Shown: one piece after another, positions 18,902 to 26,778 of the stretch
Numbering within the stretch: the stretch's first letter is position 1
Layout of the letters: each line of letters begins with the position of its first letter
From: Bacilli bacterium
GTDB lineage: Bacteria; Bacillota_I; Bacilli_A; RFN20; CAG-826
Direction of reading: 5' to 3'
DNA: 35,584 nt
Assembly: GCA_024698065.1 (NCBI GenBank)
Contig: JAILRR010000064.1
Span: 1-35,584 of the forward strand
Translations under genes and position numbers: made by a program
The notes under the pieces: generated by a model
The model's database searches: none
Told to the model about the DNA's origin: nothing
What the model saw: only the letters and a program-made list of their open reading frames with translations

Positions 18902-20100
18902 TGGAAAGAAATCAATTCTATAGCGTCACAGCGATTAACACCCTCATCAAATCGGTAATCGATGGAGAAGAGGGTCTTCATAACGTCTACGTCAAAGGTG
19001 AAATAAGCAACTGGAAGCGTTATGGCTCCGGTGTTTTCTTTGATTTGGTCGATGAAAAGAAAAGTGTTATATCCTGTGTCTTATGGAATGACAATTACAT
19101 CTATTTGCCATTCGAGCCGAAAGCTGGCGATGAGGTCATCGCATTTGGATCGATCAACGTTTTTGTTGGCAGAGGCCGTTACAACTTTACGGTCAAGACG
19201 CTTGAAAAATATGGCCAGGGCGCCGCTTTGTTGGCTCTTGAAGCGCTTAAAAAGAAGCTTCAAGCCGAAGGACTCTTCGATGTCTCCCATAAGAAACCAA
19301 TCCCGGAATTCCCTAAAAGCATTGGCATCATTGTAGGGGAAAACAGTGCCGCTGAAGCTGATCTCATCAAGAACATCACAAGACGCTGGCCTTTATGTGA
19401 TATTGTCGAGTTCCCGTCCCTTGTCCAAGGCAAGGAAGCCCCAAAAGAACTTTTAAAGGCCCTTCTGAGAGTGGAAACGACCGAAATCGATATTTTGATC
19501 ATTGCTCGTGGCGGCGGCTCAAATGAGGACCTTAGCGCGTTTAATGACGAAGCATTGGCTAGAGAGTTGTACGCTTGTAAGATTCCATGCATCTCTGCCG
19601 TCGGTCATGAAATCGACACTACTTTGATCGATTATGTCTCTGATTTGAGGGTGAGCACACCAACGGGAGCCGCAGAGGCCGCAACGCCTGACCAGGCTGA
19701 AATCCGCGCAGCCCTTATGGGAACTGAAGAATTACTTGATGGTTCAATAGATAATTTGATTTCCAAGAAAAAGGATTTACTGAAACATCTCAGTGAAAGA
19801 CCGTTCTTTAAGAACCCATCTTCGAATTATGCAAAAGCAAAAGAAGAAGTGCAGCAGCTTTCAAAACGACTTGATTTGTCCATTGGGCATTCATTGGAAA
19901 TGGCGAGAAATCAAATCAAGTCTCTCTCATCGAAGTTAGATGCCCTCAGCCCAAGGAATGTAATTAACCGTGGTTATTCGATGACGACGGATCAAAAAGG
20001 AAATGTAGTAACATCTGTAAAACAGATAAGAGAAGGTGACACGCTTAAAAGCGTATTGAAAGATGGTACAATAACGTCTAAAGTCACCTCCAAGGAGTAA
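18901..20100 (+). CDS. xseA: Exodeoxyribonuclease VII large subunit
   Basis: VKGEISN, ARGGGSNEDL.AFN, SAVGHEID, TPTGAAE, LSP..V.NRGYS. Confidence 0.97.
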   Translation: MERNQFYSVTAINTLIKSVIDGEEGLHNVYVKGEISNWKRYGSGVFFDLVDEKKSVISCVLWNDNYIYLPFEPKAGDEVIAFGSINVFVGRGRYNFTVKTLEKYGQGAALLALEALKKKLQAEGLFDVSHKKPIPEFPKSIGIIVGENSAAEADLIKNITRRWPLCDIVEFPSLVQGKEAPKELLKALLRVETTEIDILIIARGGGSNEDLSAFNDEALARELYACKIPCISAVGHEIDTTLIDYVSDLRVSTPTGAAEAATPDQAEIRAALMGTEELLDGSIDNLISKKKDLLKHLSERPFFKNPSSNYAKAKEEVQQLSKRLDLSIGHSLEMARNQIKSLSSKLDALSPRNVINRGYSMTTDQKGNVVTSVKQIREGDTLKSVLKDGTITSKVTSKE

Positions 20101-20103
20101 TCT

Positions 20104-20298
20104 ATGGAAAAGAAAAAGGAACTTAGTTTCGAAGAAAAGCTCGCTCGTTTAAATGAGATCGTTGAAAAAGTCGAGAACACGACTCTTTCCCTAGAAGACG
20201 CCATGAAACTTTATGAAGAGGGTAACGCTCTCATCAAAGATCTTCAAAAGTCTTTAGATGAGGCCGAGGCCAAGATTAAAGTTATCAAAGACAAATAG
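20104..20298 (+). CDS. xseB: Exodeoxyribonuclease VII small subunit
   Basis: SFEEKLARL.EIV...LSLEDAMKLYEEG; follows xseA. Confidence 0.95.
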   Translation: MEKKKELSFEEKLARLNEIVEKVENTTLSLEDAMKLYEEGNALIKDLQKSLDEAEAKIKVIKDK

Positions 20299-20338
20299 AT
20301 AATAGTCAAATATTAGTAGTTTTTAAGTTGATAGTACT

Positions 20339-22195
20339 ATGGCAAAGAAGGTAGAACACATCGACATAAAATGTATAAAAGACCCAAGCATAGTCAAAAA
20401 ACTTGACCGTAAGTCTTTAGCTTTGCTTTGCCAAGACATAAGAGAAGAGATTATTAGGGCTACATCAGAGTATGGCGGCCATTTGAGTTCAAATTTAGGC
20501 GTAGTCGAATTGACTGTGGCTCTCCATCGTAATTTTGATTTCCCAAAGGACAAATTGATCCTCGATGTCTCGCATCAATCGTATACTCACAAGATTCTGA
20601 CCGGCCGAAGCCTAGAGAACCTAAATTCCAAAGATGGCGTCTCAGGTTTTATGCGCATGGATGAATCCGAATATGATTGTTATGAATCGGGTCACTCATC
20701 AACATCGCTTTCTGCCGCTGAAGGATTTGCCGTTGCTCGCGATATCAAAAAAGAAGACTTTTACATTGTTCCAGTAATCGGCGATGGTTCCTTGGTTAAT
20801 GGCCTCTCATTTGAAGCTTTGAATCACATTGCAGGCCGTTTCGGGAAAATGATCATCGTCATCAACGATAACGATATGTCGATCTCTCGTCCTGTTGGTG
20901 GCTTAGGAAAGTTCTTCAGAAGAATCTCGACGGCTAGAGGCTATAACTCTTTCAAAGAAAGATATAGGAACGCTCTTCAGAAAAATGCTGTTGGTCGCTG
21001 GTTTTACAGGTTTAGCTATTCTTTGAAGAATTGCATCAAACGCATTTTGGTCCCTTTGACTTTGTTTGATAACCTCGGTTTTACCTATATGGGTCCTTAT
21101 GATGGACACGATATCAAAATGCTTGATAAGGCTTTCAAGCGGGCGAAAAACGCGACAAAAACTGTAATCATGCATGTCTATACGACAAAAGGAAAAGGAT
21201 ACGAGCCTGCCGAAAAGGATAAAACTGGTTATTGGCATGGCGTAACGCCTTTTGAGATCGAATCTGGCGAACCAAAAAATATGCATCCCGGGGAATGTTC
21301 ATGGCCTCATTTTGTGGGCGATTTAGTGAAATCCGAGATGGAAAAACACGAAGATGCCTTGCTTGTTTGCCCGGGTATGATCAAAGGGAGTCATCTTGAA
21401 GAAAGCTTTGAAGCCTTCCCGGATAGATCGATCGACGTTGGAATCGCCGAAGAACACGCTTTGACCATGGCTGGTGCCAGCAATTTGGCCGGAATGCATC
21501 CGATTGTCTGCGTTTATTCGACATTCCTTCAGAGAGCATATGACGAAATACTCCATGATTGTGCAAGAATGAACGTTGATATGACACTTTTAATCGATCG
21601 CGCTGGACTTGTCGGTAAAGATGGCGAAACACATATGGGAATCTACGACGAAGCTTACTTGAAATCGATTCCAGGAACGAATCTCTACATGCCATCAACG
21701 CCTCAAGAAATGCGTGGTCTTATCGACTATTCAATGGAAAAAGGTCATGGAATTGTTGCGATCAGATATCCGCATACTCTTTTCAAATGTAAAGAAATCA
21801 ACGAAAAGAGTTTTGAGGTTAAGCCTTGGGTAAAATTGGAAAATGTAAAGAATTCGAATGAAGCCGTAATTGCCGTTGGACCTAAAGGAAGACAATTATT
21901 GAATGCTTTGTCAGAAAAAGGATATCAAGGAGAATTAATCGTAGCTCTCAAATTAAATCCTTTACCTGAAGAAATCGATGAAATTGTAAAGAAAGACAAA
22001 ATCTATATTTACGATTCCTATGGAACCGAAGCCGGCTTTGTCGAGAGTCTTAGCGCAGCCTTAATCAAAAAAGGCTTCAAAGGATCTGTTAAAGCGTTTG
22101 CTGTTCCAAATACCTATGTTCAGCATGCGACGATAGCCGAACAAGAAAAAGAATATGGTTTAGACATCGAAACCATGCTTAAACAGATTCTATAA
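20339..22195 (+). CDS. dxs: 1-deoxy-D-xylulose-5-phosphate synthase
   Basis: GGHLSSNLGVVEL, DVSHQSYTHK, GDG...NDN TPP motif, GIAEEH, YSTFLQRAYD, DGETHMG. Confidence 0.96.
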   Translation: MAKKVEHIDIKCIKDPSIVKKLDRKSLALLCQDIREEIIRATSEYGGHLSSNLGVVELTVALHRNFDFPKDKLILDVSHQSYTHKILTGRSLENLNSKDGVSGFMRMDESEYDCYESGHSSTSLSAAEGFAVARDIKKEDFYIVPVIGDGSLVNGLSFEALNHIAGRFGKMIIVINDNDMSISRPVGGLGKFFRRISTARGYNSFKERYRNALQKNAVGRWFYRFSYSLKNCIKRILVPLTLFDNLGFTYMGPYDGHDIKMLDKAFKRAKNATKTVIMHVYTTKGKGYEPAEKDKTGYWHGVTPFEIESGEPKNMHPGECSWPHFVGDLVKSEMEKHEDALLVCPGMIKGSHLEESFEAFPDRSIDVGIAEEHALTMAGASNLAGMHPIVCVYSTFLQRAYDEILHDCARMNVDMTLLIDRAGLVGKDGETHMGIYDEAYLKSIPGTNLYMPSTPQEMRGLIDYSMEKGHGIVAIRYPHTLFKCKEINEKSFEVKPWVKLENVKNSNEAVIAVGPKGRQLLNALSEKGYQGELIVALKLNPLPEEIDEIVKKDKIYIYDSYGTEAGFVESLSAALIKKGFKGSVKAFAVPNTYVQHATIAEQEKEYGLDIETMLKQIL

Positions 22196-22198
22196 AAT

Positions 22199-22229
22199 AG
22201 TTAACATAACGGGAAATCTAAAATAAAAT
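22199..22229 (+). promoter_or_regulatory. Leaderless dinB-xerD promoter overlapped by a XerD-arm half-site
   Basis: TTAACA (22201-06)-17 bp-TAAAAT (22224-29)-6 nt-GTG. AGTTAACATAA (22199-22209) is identical to the dif arm at 24758-24768. Confidence 0.7.
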
Positions 22230-22235
22230 ATCTCC

Positions 22236-23420
22236 GTGGCAAAAATAATCGTTCACGTAGATTTAAACGCTTTCTTCGCGACCGCTGAGCAAATCCGAAG
22301 ACCAGATTACGTAGGAAAACCAGTAATCGTTGGCGGACTTGGTCCTCGCGGCGTTGTTTCAACAGCCTCCTACGAGGCGAGAAAATATGGTGTTCATTCC
22401 GCGATGCCAATCGGCGAAGCTAGGATGCTTTGTCCTAATGGGATATTTCTTCCAGGTGACTATCCTTATTATGAGATGCTTTCGCGTTCCTTTTTCGGTT
22501 ATCTGAAGAATTATTCATCTTTGGTAGAGGAAGCGTCTATTGATGAAGGGTTCGTTGATATGACATCTTTGCTCAGTAAGACAAAGGATCCTTTATCCGT
22601 ATTGGCTTCATTACAGCGTGGTTTGCTAGAACAGATAGGTTTGAGATGCTCTATAGGTGTTGGGCCTACGAAGTTCCTCGCTAAGATGGCATCCGACATG
22701 AAGAAACCTATGGGAATAACCATAATAAGGCGCAAAGACATCAAAAAAATGCTCTATCCGTTGCCGATTGACAACTTCTTTGGCATAGGAAAGAAAACCG
22801 CAGCGCACTTAAGAAGCAAAGGAATCAACACGATTGGCGATTTTGCTTCAGAGACCGTTAACAACGAATTCGAAATGAAGAAGTTTTTCGGAAAACGTTT
22901 CGATTATTACGTAGATAGCATCAATGGATATGGCGATGATGTCGTCAACCCGGAAAGGCCTGATCCTAAGTCGGTTGGCCATAGCAGAACGTTTATGACC
23001 GACACGGATGACTTCGCTGAGATAAAAGCCGTTATTGAAGAATTATCCAAAGAAGTCGGCGAACGCCTCTCTAAAGAAAAGAAGAAATGTAAAAGAATTG
23101 TCGTAAATGTAAAGGACACCAATTTTAAGGTGAGTTCGAAATCTATCAACCTTAATGAGCCGATTATTGAATCGGAAGACATAATAAAGCTGGCCAAAAA
23201 GCTATTTGCTGATAACTACTCAGGCAAAATGATCAGACTTGTCGGTGTTACTGCGGGAAATCTTGTGCCTTTGAAAGATAGGAATGCTCAAATGTCATTA
23301 TTTGACGATGGCGAATACGATGAGGATAAAACTCAGGTGCTCGTTGATTCTTTAAATAGAAAAGCCAACAAGAAGGTTGTCATGATTGCAAGCGAGGCTT
23401 TGAAGAAAAATGGATATTAA
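22236..23420 (+). CDS. dinB: DNA polymerase IV (Y family)
   Basis: HVDLNAFFA, STASYEAR, SIDE, KFLAKMASD, GIGKKT, clamp motif QMSLF. Confidence 0.96.
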   Translation: MAKIIVHVDLNAFFATAEQIRRPDYVGKPVIVGGLGPRGVVSTASYEARKYGVHSAMPIGEARMLCPNGIFLPGDYPYYEMLSRSFFGYLKNYSSLVEEASIDEGFVDMTSLLSKTKDPLSVLASLQRGLLEQIGLRCSIGVGPTKFLAKMASDMKKPMGITIIRRKDIKKMLYPLPIDNFFGIGKKTAAHLRSKGINTIGDFASETVNNEFEMKKFFGKRFDYYVDSINGYGDDVVNPERPDPKSVGHSRTFMTDTDDFAEIKAVIEELSKEVGERLSKEKKKCKRIVVNVKDTNFKVSSKSINLNEPIIESEDIIKLAKKLFADNYSGKMIRLVGVTAGNLVPLKDRNAQMSLFDDGEYDEDKTQVLVDSLNRKANKKVVMIASEALKKNGY

Positions 23421-24291
23421 AGAGGCGGTTTCTTTGTTTTTGCAGCATCTTCAAGTTGAAAAAGGTGTTTCAAAGACGACGATCGATAACTATAAAGAGG
23501 ATTTAAAACTGTTCCTTGGCTATTTTGAAGAGACTAAGACAACAGATGATTTGATGATTCAACAGATTGCTGAGTTCATTCAAAAGGAAGGCGAAGACAA
23601 CAAAGCGGCCTCAACGATACTAAGGCGTTACAGCTGTTTAAAAAATTTCTTTACATTTCTGATTGGAGAAGGGCTCATGGAAGCGGATATCCCGGAATTC
23701 GAAAAACCAAAGAAAGACAAGAAGCTGCCTTTGGTCGTTCCAAACGAAGATGTCGAAGCTTTGCTTGAGGCTCCGGATATGACGAAGGAAAGCGGACAAA
23801 GGGATCGCGCGATGTTGGAAGTTATGTATGCAACCGGCCTTCGTGTTAGCGAATTGATAAGCCTTCAGTTCAAAAACGTAGACTTTCCTGGTCAGATAAT
23901 CACCGTATATGGCAAAGGGAACAAGCAAAGAAGCGTCCCGGTTTCGTCTTTTGCCTTAGATTATCTTCAGAAATACATCAATGGTGTCAGGAAAAGGAAC
24001 CCTGGACACACATCAAATTATCTATTCCTTAATAAACAGGGTCAGCCAGTGTCTAGAGTGTACTTTTTTAAACAAGTTAAAAACTATGCGGCCATGGCTG
24101 GTATCGATGATGGAATATCGCCTCATACGTTAAGGCATTGTTTCGCGACGCATTTATTAGAGAACGGTGCTGAACTAAGGGCCGTTCAAGAAATGTTGGG
24201 ACACAGTAAGATTTCGACAACACAGATTTATACCCAGGTATCAACGAATCGTATTGTTTCAGCATACGATAGATATAGTTCTAGAAAATAA
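23410..24291 (+). CDS. xerD: Site-specific tyrosine recombinase XerD (RipX-like)
   Basis: RDRAMLEVMYATGLRVSEL, GKGNKQR, SPHTLRH.FATHLL, VQEMLGH, TTQIY; overlaps dinB by 11 nt. Confidence 0.92.
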   Translation: MDIKEAVSLFLQHLQVEKGVSKTTIDNYKEDLKLFLGYFEETKTTDDLMIQQIAEFIQKEGEDNKAASTILRRYSCLKNFFTFLIGEGLMEADIPEFEKPKKDKKLPLVVPNEDVEALLEAPDMTKESGQRDRAMLEVMYATGLRVSELISLQFKNVDFPGQIITVYGKGNKQRSVPVSSFALDYLQKYINGVRKRNPGHTSNYLFLNKQGQPVSRVYFFKQVKNYAAMAGIDDGISPHTLRHCFATHLLENGAELRAVQEMLGHSKISTTQIYTQVSTNRIVSAYDRYSSRK

Positions 24292-24344
24292 TAAATATGA
24301 ACGAACATTCATATTAAATAATTAATCATGGATGTATTGGTGAA

Positions 24345-24371
24345 GGGGCAAATGTTGCCTTGGTTCTTTTT
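24345..24371 (+). terminator. Possible weak terminator after xerD
   Basis: GGGGCAA-ATG-TTGCCTT then GGTTCTTTTT. Confidence 0.35.
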
Positions 24372-24592
24372 GGAATGTGGATAGAAAGCTATGAGCAGTC
24401 CCGCCATGTTGCGTAAGAGAGAGTCCGATAAAATCATCATCGTTATTAAACAAATATATGAATGGCAAACACGTTAACATCGTAAACTATGGAGAAAACA
24501 GTCTTTACAAAAGCCTTTGTGTTTTCGTCAATAAAAAAATAGATTAAGGAAAAGTGCTTTTTTGACCGAATTTTCAGGCGTTGGAATTGTAA

Positions 24593-24663
24593 TCAAAAAT
24601 AGGCAAAGAGATTAGTAATTTTAACAAAATTCAAAAAGTAGGCAATTAGTAGTTTTGATAATT
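24593..24663. repeat. Imperfect ~38-bp tandem duplication near dif
   Basis: TCAAAAA-TAGGCAAAGAGATTAGTAATTTTAACAA versus TCAAAAAGTAGGCA-----ATTAGTAGTTTTGATAA. Confidence 0.55.
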
Positions 24664-24757
24664 ATGTTAATAACTTGGAAAATGCGTTGATTACTAACAA
24701 TATAATTCATAAATAACATTATTATAAAGCCATAAAAACGCTATTAATATTCTATTT

Positions 24758-24785
24758 AGTTAACATAAAGGCTATTATGCGAAGT
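24758..24785 (-). other. dif site (chromosome dimer resolution; replication terminus)
   Basis: Minus strand ACTTCGCATAA-TAGCCT-TTATGTTAACT has the 11-6-11 layout of E. coli (GGTGCGCATAA...TTATGTTAAAT) and B. subtilis (ACTTCCTAGAA...TTATGTAAACT) dif. It lies where gene orientation flips. Confidence 0.92.
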
Positions 24786-24971
24786 AATAGTATTTTCTCG
24801 GAGTAGCAGCTGTTTTAGTAGTAGCTGCTTGTAAGAAATGTAAAGCGTTTTTCCCAAATTTTTGACCTTTGTTTTTACTTCTTCCACCGCTCAATTTTTT
24901 GGCAAATAGGCCCTTACTATTTTTAAATTGTAATAGTGTCAATGAAAACGAAATATATGCTTATTTTTATT

Positions 24972-25001
24972 AAAGAAAAACCGGCGGTTTTAACCCGTCG
25001 G
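24972..25001 (-). terminator. Intrinsic terminator after rsfS
   Basis: Minus strand CCGACGG-GTTAAAA-CCGCCGG (one mismatch) followed by TTTTTCTTT. Confidence 0.7.
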
Positions 25002-25025
25002 CTACCTGCTTTTGGAGGATTCGAT

Positions 25026-25349
25026 CTAGCGTCTATTGAACAAGTCTTCTAGATTCATCTCTTGCCGCTTTGGAGCTGAGAAGATGTGGACAACAACCTC
25101 CCCTGCATCTACCAAAACCCATCCTGATTCTGGTTGGCCTTCGCTCTGCCTTAGATCTTCTGATTTGTTTTGGAAGAACTCCTCAAGAGCGTCTGCGTAT
25201 GCGCCAATTGCTCTCATGTTTGGGGCAGTAACCAATATGTAATAATCGGTGAAAGGCGTCCTATCCCTAACATCAATGATTGTTATGTCTTCACCCTTTT
25301 TGTCTTCGAGTAAGTCTTTTGTTTCTTTGATAAGTTTTGGATAAGCCAT
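25026..25349 (-). CDS. rsfS: Ribosome silencing factor RsfS (Iojap)
   Basis: DKKGEDI.IIDV, WVLVDAGEVVVHIF, NLEDLF. Confidence 0.95.
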   Translation of the reverse strand: MAYPKLIKETKDLLEDKKGEDITIIDVRDRTPFTDYYILVTAPNMRAIGAYADALEEFFQNKSEDLRQSEGQPESGWVLVDAGEVVVHIFSAPKRQEMNLEDLFNRR

Positions 25350-26485
25350 TAATTGTTTCCTTCCTTTTTATCTAAAAAATAGATGTAACTTTCTTCTGTA
25401 AGAGGGCAACTGTTGTTATGTGGCGTGTCTTTCGTCTTTTCGGCGAGATAGATTCTATTGGCCGCTAGAACATCTAAGAATCCTTGATGATAGTCTTTTA
25501 AACACGATTGGATAAGTTTTGAAGAATCGTATCCCCTACCGGGCTCGATTTTATCGGCGCTGTAGATGGTTTGTTCTAAAGGTCCCATTTTAGCGCGACC
25601 TGTGCAATGATACTCAATTGATTCAAGTATGTCTTTGTCCTTGATTCCAAATTCCTTCTCGGCTAAATATGCCCCTACCCATTGGTGAAGAGCCCAATAA
25701 GGATATTCTGAATACTCTTTTGAATAAACTTTGCTGACTATGGCTTTTGCTTCGTCATCTGGCACGTATTTGCCGATATCGTGTAGAACGGCAGCTTGGT
25801 ATGTCTTTAATGAATCGAGAGTTTCGTGATTGTTTCTAGCAATATCTAAAGCGACATTAGCAACGCGTAGAGAGTGTTTAAGCCTGCTCTCTTTGAGATA
25901 TTTAGATAAAGCCTTTATGAAATAAAGGTCCTTATCTTCGACATAGTGCCTAATATAGTCAGGATAATCGATTGATTTCATTTCCCTGATGTCTGTGCTT
26001 GAAACCTCATGTTCCTTGAAAGGCATTGGTTTCATATCGAAACGTTTGATGTTTTCCTGGTTCAATGGATAACCATGCCTTGGGACATAATAGATCTTCG
26101 CATTCTTGGCAATAACATCAGGATCCTTCCATTTATCAAAAAGGTTTACCTGATCTGCTCCAATTACGAAATAAAGCGTCTCATACTCTTTTTTGAAATG
26201 AAGAACGGTTTCAACGCTATAGGAAGGGCCATCACCTGGCGCATCTATCTCAAAACATGAGACGGAGAATCGTTGTTTTCCATCTTTGTTTAATTCGTTA
26301 CATGCGAGTTCAAGCATGGCCAATCTGTCTTCTGGAGAGGCTTCATTGTCTTTCCACCTAGCGTTTTTTGCCGGAACAAACAAAAGAGGGCATTCTAAAA
26401 AGCTAGATGCCTTCATGGCGATTTCTACGTGCCCGTTGTGAAGCGGATCAAAACTGCCGCCGTAGATGATTATCTTGTCGTTCAT
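25349..26485 (-). CDS. nadD: Fused nicotinate-nucleotide adenylyltransferase NadD / Ap4A hydrolase YqeK
   Basis: N-terminal GGSFDPLHNGH, IGAD, VSSTDIR; C-terminal HD domain RLKHSLRVA, LHDIGK, YHCTG, ADKIEPGR. Confidence 0.94.
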   Translation of the reverse strand: MNDKIIIYGGSFDPLHNGHVEIAMKASSFLECPLLFVPAKNARWKDNEASPEDRLAMLELACNELNKDGKQRFSVSCFEIDAPGDGPSYSVETVLHFKKEYETLYFVIGADQVNLFDKWKDPDVIAKNAKIYYVPRHGYPLNQENIKRFDMKPMPFKEHEVSSTDIREMKSIDYPDYIRHYVEDKDLYFIKALSKYLKESRLKHSLRVANVALDIARNNHETLDSLKTYQAAVLHDIGKYVPDDEAKAIVSKVYSKEYSEYPYWALHQWVGAYLAEKEFGIKDKDILESIEYHCTGRAKMGPLEQTIYSADKIEPGRGYDSSKLIQSCLKDYHQGFLDVLAANRIYLAEKTKDTPHNNSCPLTEESYIYFLDKKEGNN

Positions 26486-26778
26486 TTATGAGGAAGTGTG
26501 ATTGACTTGTTCTTTTTGCTCTGTCGATAAAGCGTGATGATATGTCCGGCTTTACCGACGAATTGAGCATCAACGCTTTCGCAAAGCGTCTCCGAAATCT
26601 CATCAATCGTCGATGATGCGGTCTCTAAAACGCGAACCTTTACCAGTTCATGGGCTTCTAAAGCGTTGCTGAGGACGTCCAAAAGGCTTTGGTTGATATC
26701 ACCTTTGCCGATATTGAGCGATGGCTTTAAATGGTTAGCCAAACCTTTTAGATATGCACGGTTTTTTGCTGAAAGCAT
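26482..26778 (-). CDS. yhbY: CRM-domain RNA-binding protein YhbY
   Basis: RAYLKGLANHLKP..IGK, ALEAHELVKV, GH..TLYR. Confidence 0.94.
   Translation of the reverse strand: MLSAKNRAYLKGLANHLKPSLNIGKGDINQSLLDVLSNALEAHELVKVRVLETASSTIDEISETLCESVDAQFVGKAGHIITLYRQSKKNKSITLPHK

Noticed and set aside
22170-22260. LexA (SOS) box at dinB
   Set aside because: No convincing GAAC-N4-GTTC; none seen before ruvA either.
22236-24785. xerD as the integrase of a prophage/ICE, or dinB-xerD as a mobile dif module
   Set aside because: The protein is chromosomal XerD-like, there is no cargo or mobility gene, and the upstream site is only a half-site.
24593-24831. CRISPR array or replication origin in the AT-rich gap
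   Set aside because: Repeats are two-copy and imperfect with no spacers; no TTATCCACA cluster; genes converge here and a dif is present.
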